Of a stretch of 64,000 bases of DNA, positions 7,762 through 16,282 are shown in pieces (position 1 is the stretch's first letter; the number at the start of each line of letters is the position of its first letter). Under the pieces are notes generated by a model, which worked only from the letters and a program-made list of their open reading frames with translations, searched no databases and was not told the origin of the DNA. This DNA comes from Gemmatimonadota bacterium. Lineage in GTDB: Bacteria; Gemmatimonadota; Gemmatimonadetes; Longimicrobiales; Gaopeijiaceae. A program made the position numbers and the translations under genes. The stretch covers positions 5,793-69,792 of the forward strand of contig PWWP01000111.1 of the NCBI GenBank assembly GCA_003562075.1. Reading direction: 5' to 3'.

Positions 7762-9523
7762 GGGGTCTCTCCTCGTCGGGGCCCCGCCGGGACCTGGCGT
7801 CATGGCCTCCTGCCCCAGTCTGGTCCTCACCACCTTCTGCCTGGGAGCGGGCGGTGGATGCGTCCGGGCCATCCATCTCCGGCTCCCTGGCGGGGGGAGG
7901 GGGGGGCTCCTGGCCCGGGGCAGGGGCACCGGAGGGGGCCGGGCCAGGCGAGAACGGGTCGGGCTCAGGAGCCCAGGGGTCGTCGTCCTCTCCATCGTGC
8001 CAGCGCCAGTCGGGTCCGGCGTAGAGCGGATCCCGTCCGCCCCGGGAGAGGATCACAGCCCCCAGTCCCACCGTGCCGGCCAGGACGACCACCATGACAC
8101 CGAGGAAGGCCATGAGGCCCCGGAAGATGGCGAACCAGGAGCCGCCCATCTGGAAAACACCCGCCAGGGCGAAGGCACCCAGGAGGAGGGCGAGCCCCAC
8201 GCCCATCTGAATGGCAGGGCGGCTCCCGTTCAGGGAATCCATCCCGGCCATGCGCCGGTCTGAGATCCACCGTCCCGTGTTCCTGGCCACGGCCAGGAAG
8301 CCCAGGGTGATGGCCGCCGCCAGCGCCAAGGGGAAGAGGGGCATCCAGATGAGCATGAGCGGGATACCGATGATGGTAATGGCCAGGACTACGACCCCTG
8401 CCAGCCAGACCGGGAAGGCCAGTACGCCCGAGGCCAGCCCGACCACAGCCGAGCGTCCCGGGGCGTTCTGCACTGTGCGGCCTACGATCTCGAAGTGCCG
8501 GGGGAAGAAGTAGAGGATGGCCAGGCCGATGCCCAGGAAGATCCCGTAGGTGATGGCCGTCTGGATGATATCCATGATCCCGGAACCGATGTTCCGGAGG
8601 GGCCCTGCTCGGTCCCGTCCCGTTCTCACGGAGATCCGGCTTGGGGGAGATGGGGTGGCTGAGCCTTCCAGGGCGGCCCGCACTTCCCTCCGGATCTCCT
8701 CCCGGAGGTCAGACTCGGGGCGATCGGGTACGGGCTGGATCTGGGACACCTGACCGGCCACCAGCTGGCCTACTTCCTCAGGGATCTCGGTGTCGATCCA
8801 GCGGAGGTCTCCCCCAATGGCGCCTTGGTCACCTACCTGGATGCTGCTGCCCAGAAGGATCACGTCTCCTGCCACCCGTCCATCCAACTGAAGGGACCCG
8901 TTCAGGAGCAGGAGGGAGCCAGCCACGGATTCGTCGGACTCCACCACCACGTCCTCCTGGACGTGAACCCGGAGCTCGGGTGTGGTGAGGTTCCGGAGGG
9001 CGGAGGTCAGGGCCCGGAGCCGATCAGTCCGGAAGACCAGGGCTTCCACAGCTTCCTGGAGATCCGTACCCGAATCCAGGACTACCGGCGGTGTGTCGGC
9101 TACCGGCTGGAGGGCTGAAGCCAGCCGATCCTGAAGCTCCCGGGCGGCGTCGGCCGCATCGGCATCCAGGTCGGATGGAGGCGACCACTCCCGGAGGAGG
9201 CGAGCCACCTCGTTCTCTTCCAGCGCCACGGCTTCTCCCAGGAGGGACCGCCAGGATCCGTGGAGGGCATCGCCGGAGGTGAAGCGACCCAACTCGTCTC
9301 CGTTGGCTAGAATCCGCCCGTCCTGAAAACTCAGCGCCAGTTCCTCTCCGTCATCGAACTCCAGGGTGAGGGAGGATTCCTGTCCAGTGACCACCACCTG
9401 ACTGAAGACAATCTGACGGTCCCCCTCCTGCGCGCCGAGAGGATGGGTCAGAAGGAGGAGGGCCATAGTGGAAAGGATCAGCCCCAGGAGGATCCTCAAA
9501 CCAGGTGCCAGGGTGGGCTCCAT
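7751..9523 (-). CDS. Large envelope protein: signal peptide, bactofilin/polymer-forming-like beta-helical segment, multi-TM C-terminal domain, Pro-rich acidic tail
   Basis: Start set at ATG 9523 (MEPTLAPGLRILLGLILSTMALLLL). The segment VAGSLLLLNGSLQLDGRVAGDVILLGSSIQVGDQGAIGGDL resembles bactofilin repeats. At least 5 hydrophobic helices follow. Confidence 0.5.
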   Translation of the reverse strand: MEPTLAPGLRILLGLILSTMALLLLTHPLGAQEGDRQIVFSQVVVTGQESSLTLEFDDGEELALSFQDGRILANGDELGRFTSGDALHGSWRSLLGEAVALEENEVARLLREWSPPSDLDADAADAARELQDRLASALQPVADTPPVVLDSGTDLQEAVEALVFRTDRLRALTSALRNLTTPELRVHVQEDVVVESDESVAGSLLLLNGSLQLDGRVAGDVILLGSSIQVGDQGAIGGDLRWIDTEIPEEVGQLVAGQVSQIQPVPDRPESDLREEIRREVRAALEGSATPSPPSRISVRTGRDRAGPLRNIGSGIMDIIQTAITYGIFLGIGLAILYFFPRHFEIVGRTVQNAPGRSAVVGLASGVLAFPVWLAGVVVLAITIIGIPLMLIWMPLFPLALAAAITLGFLAVARNTGRWISDRRMAGMDSLNGSRPAIQMGVGLALLLGAFALAGVFQMGGSWFAIFRGLMAFLGVMVVVLAGTVGLGAVILSRGGRDPLYAGPDWRWHDGEDDDPWAPEPDPFSPGPAPSGAPAPGQEPPPPPAREPEMDGPDASTARSQAEGGEDQTGAGGHDARSRRGPDEERPHES

Positions 9524-9602
9524 GGCTAGGGATCGCTTCCGGCATGAGGCGCCCTCTGCAGGGCCTGCCCGGTGACTGGTGACCGATGGATGCTTGATTG
9601 AC

Positions 9603-10553
9603 CTATACATGACGACCCGCCAGAGAGGAGGGATGGAATACGTTTCGATAGAGGACCCACATGGCCAGAAAGCTCAGGGTCCAGGCGGCTCCCAGTCCTG
9701 CCAGGGCAAGGGTCGGGGTGGCGGCCAGGGCCGAGACCCCGTCCCAGATGGAGAGAAGGAGTGGGCTGTCCACGAGGCGTTGCACGGCCTGGCCCATGAG
9801 GGTCTCGACTCCTTCGGCGACCCGCCACCGGAGAAGGGTGGCCAGGCCACCCCAGCTCAGGAGGGGATGGGCCAGGACTGCCCCGACTACGGCGACGATG
9901 AGAAGGGCAGGGACCGATGCCATGGCCCCCAGGAATGACCAGCCCTTCCGGGTTGTGGGGATCAGCCGCTCGGCTGCGTTTCCGGCGGCAGTCAGCCAGC
10001 CCATGACCCGCTCCAGCCCCGAGTCTGTCCGAGCCGGGGCTCGGGAAGTCTGGAAGGCGGCCATGACCCGCTCCTGGAACTCAGGAGAGGGTTCAAGGCG
10101 GGGGAGAGCGTTCAGGCTCTGAAAGACTCCCTCCCACTCCCGATAGACGGTCTGGCAGTCCTCACAGGCATGGAGGTGGGCATGGGCCCTCCGGCGGTCC
10201 CGGGTGCCCAGGGCACCTTCCAGGAGTTCCTGGATCCGATCGGGTCCAAGGTGCTCCTCTGCCTGATCCACTCCGTGCCCCAGGGTCGATCGGACCCGGT
10301 CGGCCATCCGGCGCGCCAGGGAGGGACGGGCCGGAATCTCGGCCATGACCCGATCGGCGAAATCGACGGAGGGCTCGAGCCCCGGAAGTTCGTCCAGCTC
10401 CGAGAAGAGGAGCTCCCAGGCCTCCAGCTCGGAGGCGCACCGGGAGCAGGACGCCAGGTGGGTTTCCACCGGGGCCCGATCCTCCTGGGTCAGCTCACCC
10501 TCCAGGAAAGCCTGGAGAGTTTCGCTGGTCAGATGTTCGTTGGACGTGTTCAC
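9603..10553 (-). CDS. Membrane anti-sigma factor with two tandem zf-HC2 (HxxxCxxC) modules
   Basis: 316 aa. HLASCSRC lies at aa 32-39 and HLHACEDC at aa 126-133. The flanking ~60 aa of each are clearly similar to one another. The C-terminal part has several TM helices. The gene lies directly downstream of the ECF sigma gene. Confidence 0.7.
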   Translation of the reverse strand: MNTSNEHLTSETLQAFLEGELTQEDRAPVETHLASCSRCASELEAWELLFSELDELPGLEPSVDFADRVMAEIPARPSLARRMADRVRSTLGHGVDQAEEHLGPDRIQELLEGALGTRDRRRAHAHLHACEDCQTVYREWEGVFQSLNALPRLEPSPEFQERVMAAFQTSRAPARTDSGLERVMGWLTAAGNAAERLIPTTRKGWSFLGAMASVPALLIVAVVGAVLAHPLLSWGGLATLLRWRVAEGVETLMGQAVQRLVDSPLLLSIWDGVSALAATPTLALAGLGAAWTLSFLAMWVLYRNVFHPSSLAGRHV

Positions 10554-10629
10554 CGTGACTCCTGGTTCTGCGGTCCTGCGATGGGAGTAACCAACCCTAC
10601 GAAATCTCCGGGTCCACAGTTTCGATGGT

Positions 10630-11220
10630 TCATGCCGTGGCCCCTGCCAGGAGCTCCTTGAGCTCCGAACGGCCCCGATGGATGAAGGTCTTCACCGTCC
10701 CCACCGGGACTTCCATGATGTGAGCCACCTCCTGATAGCTGTGCCCCTCCACGTGTCGGAGGAGGACGGCGGTCCGATACTCGGGGCGGAGGTGACCCAT
10801 GGCCTCTTCGATCTGGTTGCCCAGTTCCCGGTTCTCCGTGTACTGGTCCGGTGTCTCGTCCTGGGCGGTAAGGGTGATCCGGCTCTCCTCCTCCTCGTCC
10901 TGGGAACGAGCGTTGGGCGACCCGTGGATGGAGACAGTGTCCAGCTCCTTCTTCCGGAGCCGGTCAATGGCCATGTTGTTGGCGATCTTGAAGATCCAGC
11001 TGGAGAACTTGTAGCTGGGGTTGTAGGAGTGGATGGCATTGAAGGCCTTCACGAAGGCCTCCTGGGCCACGTCTTCGGCCAACTCCCGGTCTCTCACCAT
11101 CCGAAATACAAGGGAGAACACGGGCCTCTCGTAGCGTGTGAGAAGCTCGCGGAAAGCCCGCTGTCGGCCCTCGCAGGCTCGAGCGGCCAGTTCCTTGTCA
11201 TCCAGCTTGGCGTAGTCCAC
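10630..11220 (-). CDS. ECF-type RNA polymerase sigma-70 family factor
   Basis: 196 aa (GTG start). Region 2 is DVAQEAFVKAFNAIHSYNP. Region 4 HTH is SYQEVAHIMEVPVGTVKTFIHRGRSELK. Confidence 0.9.
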   Translation of the reverse strand: MDYAKLDDKELAARACEGRQRAFRELLTRYERPVFSLVFRMVRDRELAEDVAQEAFVKAFNAIHSYNPSYKFSSWIFKIANNMAIDRLRKKELDTVSIHGSPNARSQDEEEESRITLTAQDETPDQYTENRELGNQIEEAMGHLRPEYRTAVLLRHVEGHSYQEVAHIMEVPVGTVKTFIHRGRSELKELLAGATA

Positions 11221-11308
11221 CGGCTTCAGGACTCCCTTTTTTCCAGACTCCAGGGTCGACTTCCCGGGATTGGGGACGCTTTGGTCCGACGACCCCTCCG
11301 GCCTTCCC

Positions 11309-11335
11309 TACGAAGGTCCCTTCCGTGAAGTTTCA
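11309..11335 (-). promoter_or_regulatory. Candidate ECF-type promoter TGAAAC-N17-CGTA upstream of the sigma gene
   Basis: On the minus strand, TGAAAC (11335-11330) is followed by a 17-nt spacer and CGTA (11312-11309), about 90 nt upstream of the GTG start. This resembles sigmaW/ECF autoregulated promoters (TGAAAC-N16-CGTA). Confidence 0.35.
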
Positions 11336-12167
11336 CCCTCGTGGCCGGATGGCCGAATCAACTCCATTCTACCCGACATCAGTGCGAATGGCGACAACAC
11401 CGGAGGCTCGACCCCACGAGGGTGAAGCCCGGGAGCGGCAGGTCCGGACGATCTTCTCCGAGATCGCTCCCCGCTACGATCTCCTGAACCACGTCCTGAG
11501 CCTGAACATCGACCGCCGGTGGCGACGGAAGGCGGTGGATCGTCTCCAGCTTTCCCCCGACGATCCGGCCGTCCGGGTTCTGGACGCATGTGCGGGCACG
11601 TACGATCTGAGCATGGAGCTGACCCGGCGAAGGGAGTTCCAGGGCCAGGTGGTGGCCGCCGACTTCGCCCGACCCATGCTGGTGGAGGGGATGGGGAAGA
11701 TCGAAGGGGAGCCCATCCGGCCCGTCTGTGGGGACAGCCTCAGGCTGCCCTTCCCCGATGAGAGCTTCCACGGAGCCATGGTGGCCTTCGGGGTCCGGAA
11801 CCTCTCTGATGTGGGCACCGGGTTCCGGGAGTTCGCCCGGGTCCTCCGCCCGGGAGGCCGGCTGGTGGTCCTGGAGTTCACGACGCCGCCCAACCCCCTG
11901 ACCCGGCGCCTGTATCTCTTCTACTTCCATCGGATCCTTCCCCTCATCGGCCGGATCGTCTCCGGGCACCCCTGGGCCTACACCTACCTTCCGGAGTCGG
12001 TGAAGGAATTTCCCGGTCCCCAGGCCCTGGCCACCCTCATGGAGGATTCAGGGTTCGAGGCCGCCGAGTGGCGATACCTGACCATGGGGATCGCCGCCAT
12101 CCATGTGGGCCGGAAGGGGACTCAGGACTCCCAGGGCTCAACGGAGCCGTCTGAAGAGAGTCGGTAG
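11325..12167 (+). CDS. ubiE: Demethylmenaquinone/ubiquinone C-methyltransferase (UbiE/MenG family); start uncertain (ATG 11388 also plausible)
   Basis: Motifs FSEIAPRYDLLNHVLSLNIDRRWRR and the SAM motif VLDACAGTYDL are present, with the family C-terminus. The 3' end overlaps the convergent M16 gene by 46 nt. Confidence 0.85.
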   Translation: MKFHPRGRMAESTPFYPTSVRMATTPEARPHEGEARERQVRTIFSEIAPRYDLLNHVLSLNIDRRWRRKAVDRLQLSPDDPAVRVLDACAGTYDLSMELTRRREFQGQVVAADFARPMLVEGMGKIEGEPIRPVCGDSLRLPFPDESFHGAMVAFGVRNLSDVGTGFREFARVLRPGGRLVVLEFTTPPNPLTRRLYLFYFHRILPLIGRIVSGHPWAYTYLPESVKEFPGPQALATLMEDSGFEAAEWRYLTMGIAAIHVGRKGTQDSQGSTEPSEESR

Positions 12168-13774
12168 AGGGGCCCCAGGGTCTCCAGGCGGGGAAGGGCA
12201 TGGGCAAAACCCTCCGGGTCACCCAGGACCAGAATGGTCATGCTTTCAGGGTCGATGTGCCGGGCCGTGACCCTGAGGACGTCGCCAGGATCCACCGCCA
12301 TGACCCCCTCCAGATAGCGCTCCAGCCAGTCCTCCGGTAGCCCCTGGGCCAGGTCTCCCATCCGTCGGGCCACGATCTGCCGGGCCGACTGGAAGGCAAA
12401 GACGTGGCCGTTGGAGATCTGCTCCACAGCTCGACTGACCTCGTCCTGAGAGGGGGCCTCGGTTCGGAATTCCTGGAGGATCTCCAGGAGGAGCTCCACG
12501 GCGTCCACCGTCCGATCGCTTCGTGTGGCCGTCACCGCCCCCACCAGCCCCTCGTAGCGGATGGGGGTGGTCCAGAGAGAGGAGGCGCCGTAGGCCAGCC
12601 CTTCTTCCGTCCGGACCCGGGCCATGAGGCGAGAGGAGAAGCCTCCGCCTCCCAGAATCAGGTTCGCCACCCGGGAGGCGAAATAGTCAGGGGTGTCTTC
12701 CTGGCGGATCCCGCCGGGTTGGGCCATGACGATGGTGGACTGGTCCAGCTCTCGGGGAAGGATGTAGACTCCGCCCGTCCGGCGAAGCTCGGGGAGGGGA
12801 AGCTCCGGGAGATCGTCCTGGCACTCGGGCCATGCCGCCAGGAAGTCACGGATCCGGGGCTGGGCTTCCTCCCAGGTCAGATCACCTGCCACCCCGATGA
12901 TGAGACGGTCCCGGCAGAGGATCCGGTCCCGAAGGTCATGCAGGCGCTCTGTGCTGAAGCGATCGGGGGCCAGGTCTTCCTCCTGCATGACCCAACCCAC
13001 GGGATGGTCTCCGAACATGAGACGGTTGAACTCCTCATAGGCCAGGCCCGAGGGATTGTCGGCTCTCCGCCGGACCCGCTCCAGCTCCTGTCCCCGCCAG
13101 ATCTCCACGGCTTCCGTATCGAATCCGGGTCGGGTCAGGATCTGGCCAAAGAGCTCCAATCCCTCGTCCAAAGTGCTCCGGAGGGAGTTGAGGGAGGCGT
13201 AGCTCCCTGTGCCGCCGCTCCCGAAGCCCAACTGAAGGGCCAGGAGATCCAGCCGGCGGTCCACCGAGTCGGGGGGGAGGGTCTCGGTTCCGCCGTTCCT
13301 CAGGAATGAGGGGAGTCCGGTGACCGGGGCCATGACCTCCCGTGGAAAGTGGGAGACCCCGCCCTCGATCTGGACGAAGACGTCCACCAGGGGGAGGGCC
13401 GGGTCGTGGAGGTGGTAGACCGGGACCCCCAGGATTTCGTGCTCCGAGGCCTCCGGAGGGTCCAGCTCCAGAGGCGGGTAGGTGAGGGCGTGGACGGCAT
13501 CCCGGCCAATGGGTCTTCCGGCGGGTTCCCCGGAAATGGTGTCGGTGGAGGTGTCAGTGGCGGTGGTAGTGTCAGTAGCGGTGGTGGTGGCCGCCATCTC
13601 CCCCTCACTTGAGTGGACCGGGCCGGTGGCGCAGCTCCCTGTTACGGCGACTGTTCCCATCAGGAGGAGGAAACGGCCCAGACTGAAGAGCTGCCGGGCC
13701 CGCCGGACTGGAGCTCGGGGTCGGACTGGGCGTCGGATCGGGCTTCGGTGTCGAGCCGGGCCAGGGGCCGTCAC
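12122..13774 (-). CDS. M16-family peptidase, non-catalytic (no HxxEH) subunit, lipoprotein-like N-terminus
   Basis: 550 aa with a two-domain insulinase-like pattern lacking the zinc motif. N-terminus is LLMGTVAVTGSCA. ATGA overlap with the upstream M16 gene at 13771-13774. Confidence 0.8.
   Translation of the reverse strand: MTAPGPARHRSPIRRPVRPRAPVRRARQLFSLGRFLLLMGTVAVTGSCATGPVHSSEGEMAATTTATDTTTATDTSTDTISGEPAGRPIGRDAVHALTYPPLELDPPEASEHEILGVPVYHLHDPALPLVDVFVQIEGGVSHFPREVMAPVTGLPSFLRNGGTETLPPDSVDRRLDLLALQLGFGSGGTGSYASLNSLRSTLDEGLELFGQILTRPGFDTEAVEIWRGQELERVRRRADNPSGLAYEEFNRLMFGDHPVGWVMQEEDLAPDRFSTERLHDLRDRILCRDRLIIGVAGDLTWEEAQPRIRDFLAAWPECQDDLPELPLPELRRTGGVYILPRELDQSTIVMAQPGGIRQEDTPDYFASRVANLILGGGGFSSRLMARVRTEEGLAYGASSLWTTPIRYEGLVGAVTATRSDRTVDAVELLLEILQEFRTEAPSQDEVSRAVEQISNGHVFAFQSARQIVARRMGDLAQGLPEDWLERYLEGVMAVDPGDVLRVTARHIDPESMTILVLGDPEGFAHALPRLETLGPLYRLSSDGSVEPWES
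13551..13586 (-). repeat. Tandem 18-bp repeat (16/18 identical) encoding a Thr/Ala/Asp-rich linker in the M16 protein
   Basis: gtgtcagtggcggtggta (13551-13568) is followed by gtgtcagtagcggtggtg (13569-13586). On the minus strand this encodes TTATDTTTATDT. Confidence 0.8.
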
Positions 13775-15429
13775 GATCCCTCCTGGGTGGTGGAAGGCGA
13801 TGTGCCTCGACGTAGGATGCCCACTGTCCGTTGCTCCTCTGTGAAGTAGGTCTTGAGGACCCGGAGCACATCCTCTCCCTCCACTTCTCCGATACGCTGC
13901 TGGCTCTGGAAGGTGGTGGCCCAGTCCCCCCAGGTGGCGTGGGAGCGGGCCAGCTGGAAGGCCAGGTTCAGATTGGAGGTGAGTCTCCGAACGGATGCGG
14001 CCTCCAGCCGGCGCCGGACCCGTTCCAGCTCATCCTCCGTGGGTGGTTCCTCGGTCAGGAGTCGCTCCAGCTCCTGGTATATGGCCGCTTCCACCTCCTC
14101 CGGCGAGTGAGGGGCCCGGGGGACGACCTGGATGGTGAAGAGGCCCGGGTACCGTCCTCCAGGGTTCACGCTGGCGGTGACGGAGGTGGCGATTCGGTCC
14201 TCCCGGATGAGCCGGCGATACAGGCGCGAGTCCCGACCGGCCACCAGGAGGTTCGTCAGCATACTCAGGGTGGGGGCGTCCGGGTGATACGTGGAAGGGA
14301 CCTTCCAGCCCACCAGGAGCTGGGGCTCGGCGTCGTGTCGGACTTCCACCCGTCGCTCCCCCTCCTGCTCCGGCTCACGGGCCAGGACCGGGGGAGGCGG
14401 ATCCCCCGGCTCCATGGGGCCGAAGTAGTCCCGGGCCCAAACGCGGGCCGAGTCGGGATCGAAGTCGCCTACCATGGTCACGATGGTGTTGTTGGGACCG
14501 TAGTACCGCTGATAGTACTCCTCCACCTGCTGCCGGGAGAGGGACAGGATGTCGGACATGTGGCCGATGGGGGCCACTCCGTAGGGGTGGACCCGGAAGG
14601 CGGCGCCCATATGCGCTTCCCAGAGCCGGCCTCCTGGACTGGTGTCGATCCGGCTTCGACGCTCTTCGGCAATGACGTCCCGTTCGGCGTAGAACTCCCG
14701 GAAAACGGGGTTCCGCATCCGGTCCGCCTCCAGGACGAACCAGAGCTGGGCTCGGTTGGAGGGGAGCTCGACGAAGTATTCGGTGGCCTCGTAGCTGGTG
14801 GTGGCGTTCAGGCTCCGGGCTCCGGCTCGGGAGAGGATGTCGTCGAACTCTCCCCCCACCACCAGGAGCCGGGCCCGGTCCTCCAGTGCCTGGATACGGG
14901 ATTCGAGCCGGGCCACCTCCTCGGCGTCCGGCTCAGGGAGGCGGCCCCGGGCCAGGATGAGGGTGTCGTGTACGGCATCCATCCGCTGGAAGAGGGGTTT
15001 CTCCGCCTCCAGGTTCCGGGTTCCGATGGTGGCGGTCCCCTTGAAGAGGAGGTGTTCCAGGAAGTGGGCGATGCCCGTGTTTCCCAGCGATTCGTTCACA
15101 CTCCCGACCGGGACATGGACCACGAAGGAGACGGTAGGAGCTCCGGGACGGGGGAGGAGAAGGAAGTGCATCCCGTTGTCCAGGGTGAACTCCTGCACAT
15201 CCAGATCCACCTCCTGGGCTACCAGGCCTTCCTGGGAGAGGAGCGAGGCAACGATCAAGACCATCGCCAATGAGACCCTGGCCAGAAGGAAGGCCCCTGG
15301 GGTTCGGGCTGGGCGGCGACGTTCGCCCCTGGTGATCCTGGCCCCTGGTTGGGGAGAGCGTTCCTCTGGAGGAAAGCTTCGGGGGCGTGGACGGGGGGGC
15401 ACTTTCAGTGTGGGTTCCGGCACCTTCAT
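13771..15429 (-). CDS. M16-family zinc metallopeptidase (catalytic, HxxEH)
   Basis: The HFLEHLLFKG zinc motif is present. Start placed at ATG 15429, which forms an ATGA overlap with the mutM stop. 552 aa. Confidence 0.85.
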   Translation of the reverse strand: MKVPEPTLKVPPRPRPRSFPPEERSPQPGARITRGERRRPARTPGAFLLARVSLAMVLIVASLLSQEGLVAQEVDLDVQEFTLDNGMHFLLLPRPGAPTVSFVVHVPVGSVNESLGNTGIAHFLEHLLFKGTATIGTRNLEAEKPLFQRMDAVHDTLILARGRLPEPDAEEVARLESRIQALEDRARLLVVGGEFDDILSRAGARSLNATTSYEATEYFVELPSNRAQLWFVLEADRMRNPVFREFYAERDVIAEERRSRIDTSPGGRLWEAHMGAAFRVHPYGVAPIGHMSDILSLSRQQVEEYYQRYYGPNNTIVTMVGDFDPDSARVWARDYFGPMEPGDPPPPVLAREPEQEGERRVEVRHDAEPQLLVGWKVPSTYHPDAPTLSMLTNLLVAGRDSRLYRRLIREDRIATSVTASVNPGGRYPGLFTIQVVPRAPHSPEEVEAAIYQELERLLTEEPPTEDELERVRRRLEAASVRRLTSNLNLAFQLARSHATWGDWATTFQSQQRIGEVEGEDVLRVLKTYFTEEQRTVGILRRGTSPSTTQEGS

Positions 15430-16259
15430 TCCTCTGGCGGAGGCTGACATCCTGGACAGAGGAAGGCCGAGCGGTTGCCGAAGACGATCCGCTGGATCGA
15501 CTCCCGGCAGCGGTGGCAGGGTTCTCCCTCCCGGCCGTATACCCTCAACTGGGTCCCATAGCTCCCCTGGTCGCCCTGGGCCGTCCGGTAATCCCGCAGC
15601 GTGGTCCCCCGGGCCCGGATGGCGTCCCGAAGCACCTTCCGGATGGAGCGGTGGAGAGCGGGAACGGCGGATGAAGGGATCCGGGATGCTGGGACCTGAG
15701 GATGGATCCGGGCCCTATGGAGGGCCTCATTGGCGTAGATGTTTCCCACCCCCACGACGCGGCGCTGATCCAGGAGCCAGGAGCGGATGGGAGAGACGGA
15801 TCGAGCCAGATCCGCCGCCAACCGAGGGGCGGTGAATCGGGGCCCCAGCGGCTCGGGACCCAGCCCGGCGGACCAGTCCCCATACGTGGGGGCGTCCATG
15901 AGATGGAGGCGCCCGAAGCGACGCACGTCATGGTAGACCAGGGTCTCCCCGTGGCCCAGTTCCATGATCACCGCCGGGTGGGTGGGTGGAGGGGACGGAT
16001 CCTGGTGGCTTCGATGCAGAAGCCGCCCTGACATCCCCAGGTTCACCACCAGGCGGTGGGCATCGTCCAGGGTGAGGACGATGTTCTTTCCCCTGCGGCT
16101 CACCTGGCGGATGGATCGGCCCAGGACTCCGTTCCGGAAGGCCGAAGCCCCTCCCTGGATCACATCGGCCTTCAGGATCCGGGCCCCCTGGATCTCCTGG
16201 CCGGTGACGGGACCTGCCAGTCCCTGGACGATGGTCTCGGCTTCAGGAAGCTCAGGCAT
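15426..16259 (-). CDS. mutM: Formamidopyrimidine-DNA glycosylase
   Basis: N-terminus is MPELPEAETIV (start at 16259). The C-terminal zinc finger is CHRCRESIQRIVFGNRSAFLCPGC. 277 aa. Confidence 0.9.
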   Translation of the reverse strand: MPELPEAETIVQGLAGPVTGQEIQGARILKADVIQGGASAFRNGVLGRSIRQVSRRGKNIVLTLDDAHRLVVNLGMSGRLLHRSHQDPSPPPTHPAVIMELGHGETLVYHDVRRFGRLHLMDAPTYGDWSAGLGPEPLGPRFTAPRLAADLARSVSPIRSWLLDQRRVVGVGNIYANEALHRARIHPQVPASRIPSSAVPALHRSIRKVLRDAIRARGTTLRDYRTAQGDQGSYGTQLRVYGREGEPCHRCRESIQRIVFGNRSAFLCPGCQPPPEE

Positions 16260-16282
16260 CTGCAACTACACCAGACTGGTGT

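Noticed and set aside
7762-7995. Long N-terminal extension of ORF 6859..7995. Similar extensions occur on the purD, recA, M48, PLP, OMP and kinase ORFs.
   Set aside because: The extensions are Pro/Arg-rich, overlap the upstream gene, and precede internal starts that reproduce canonical N-termini (for example MKILIVGNGG for PurD and MPELPE for MutM).
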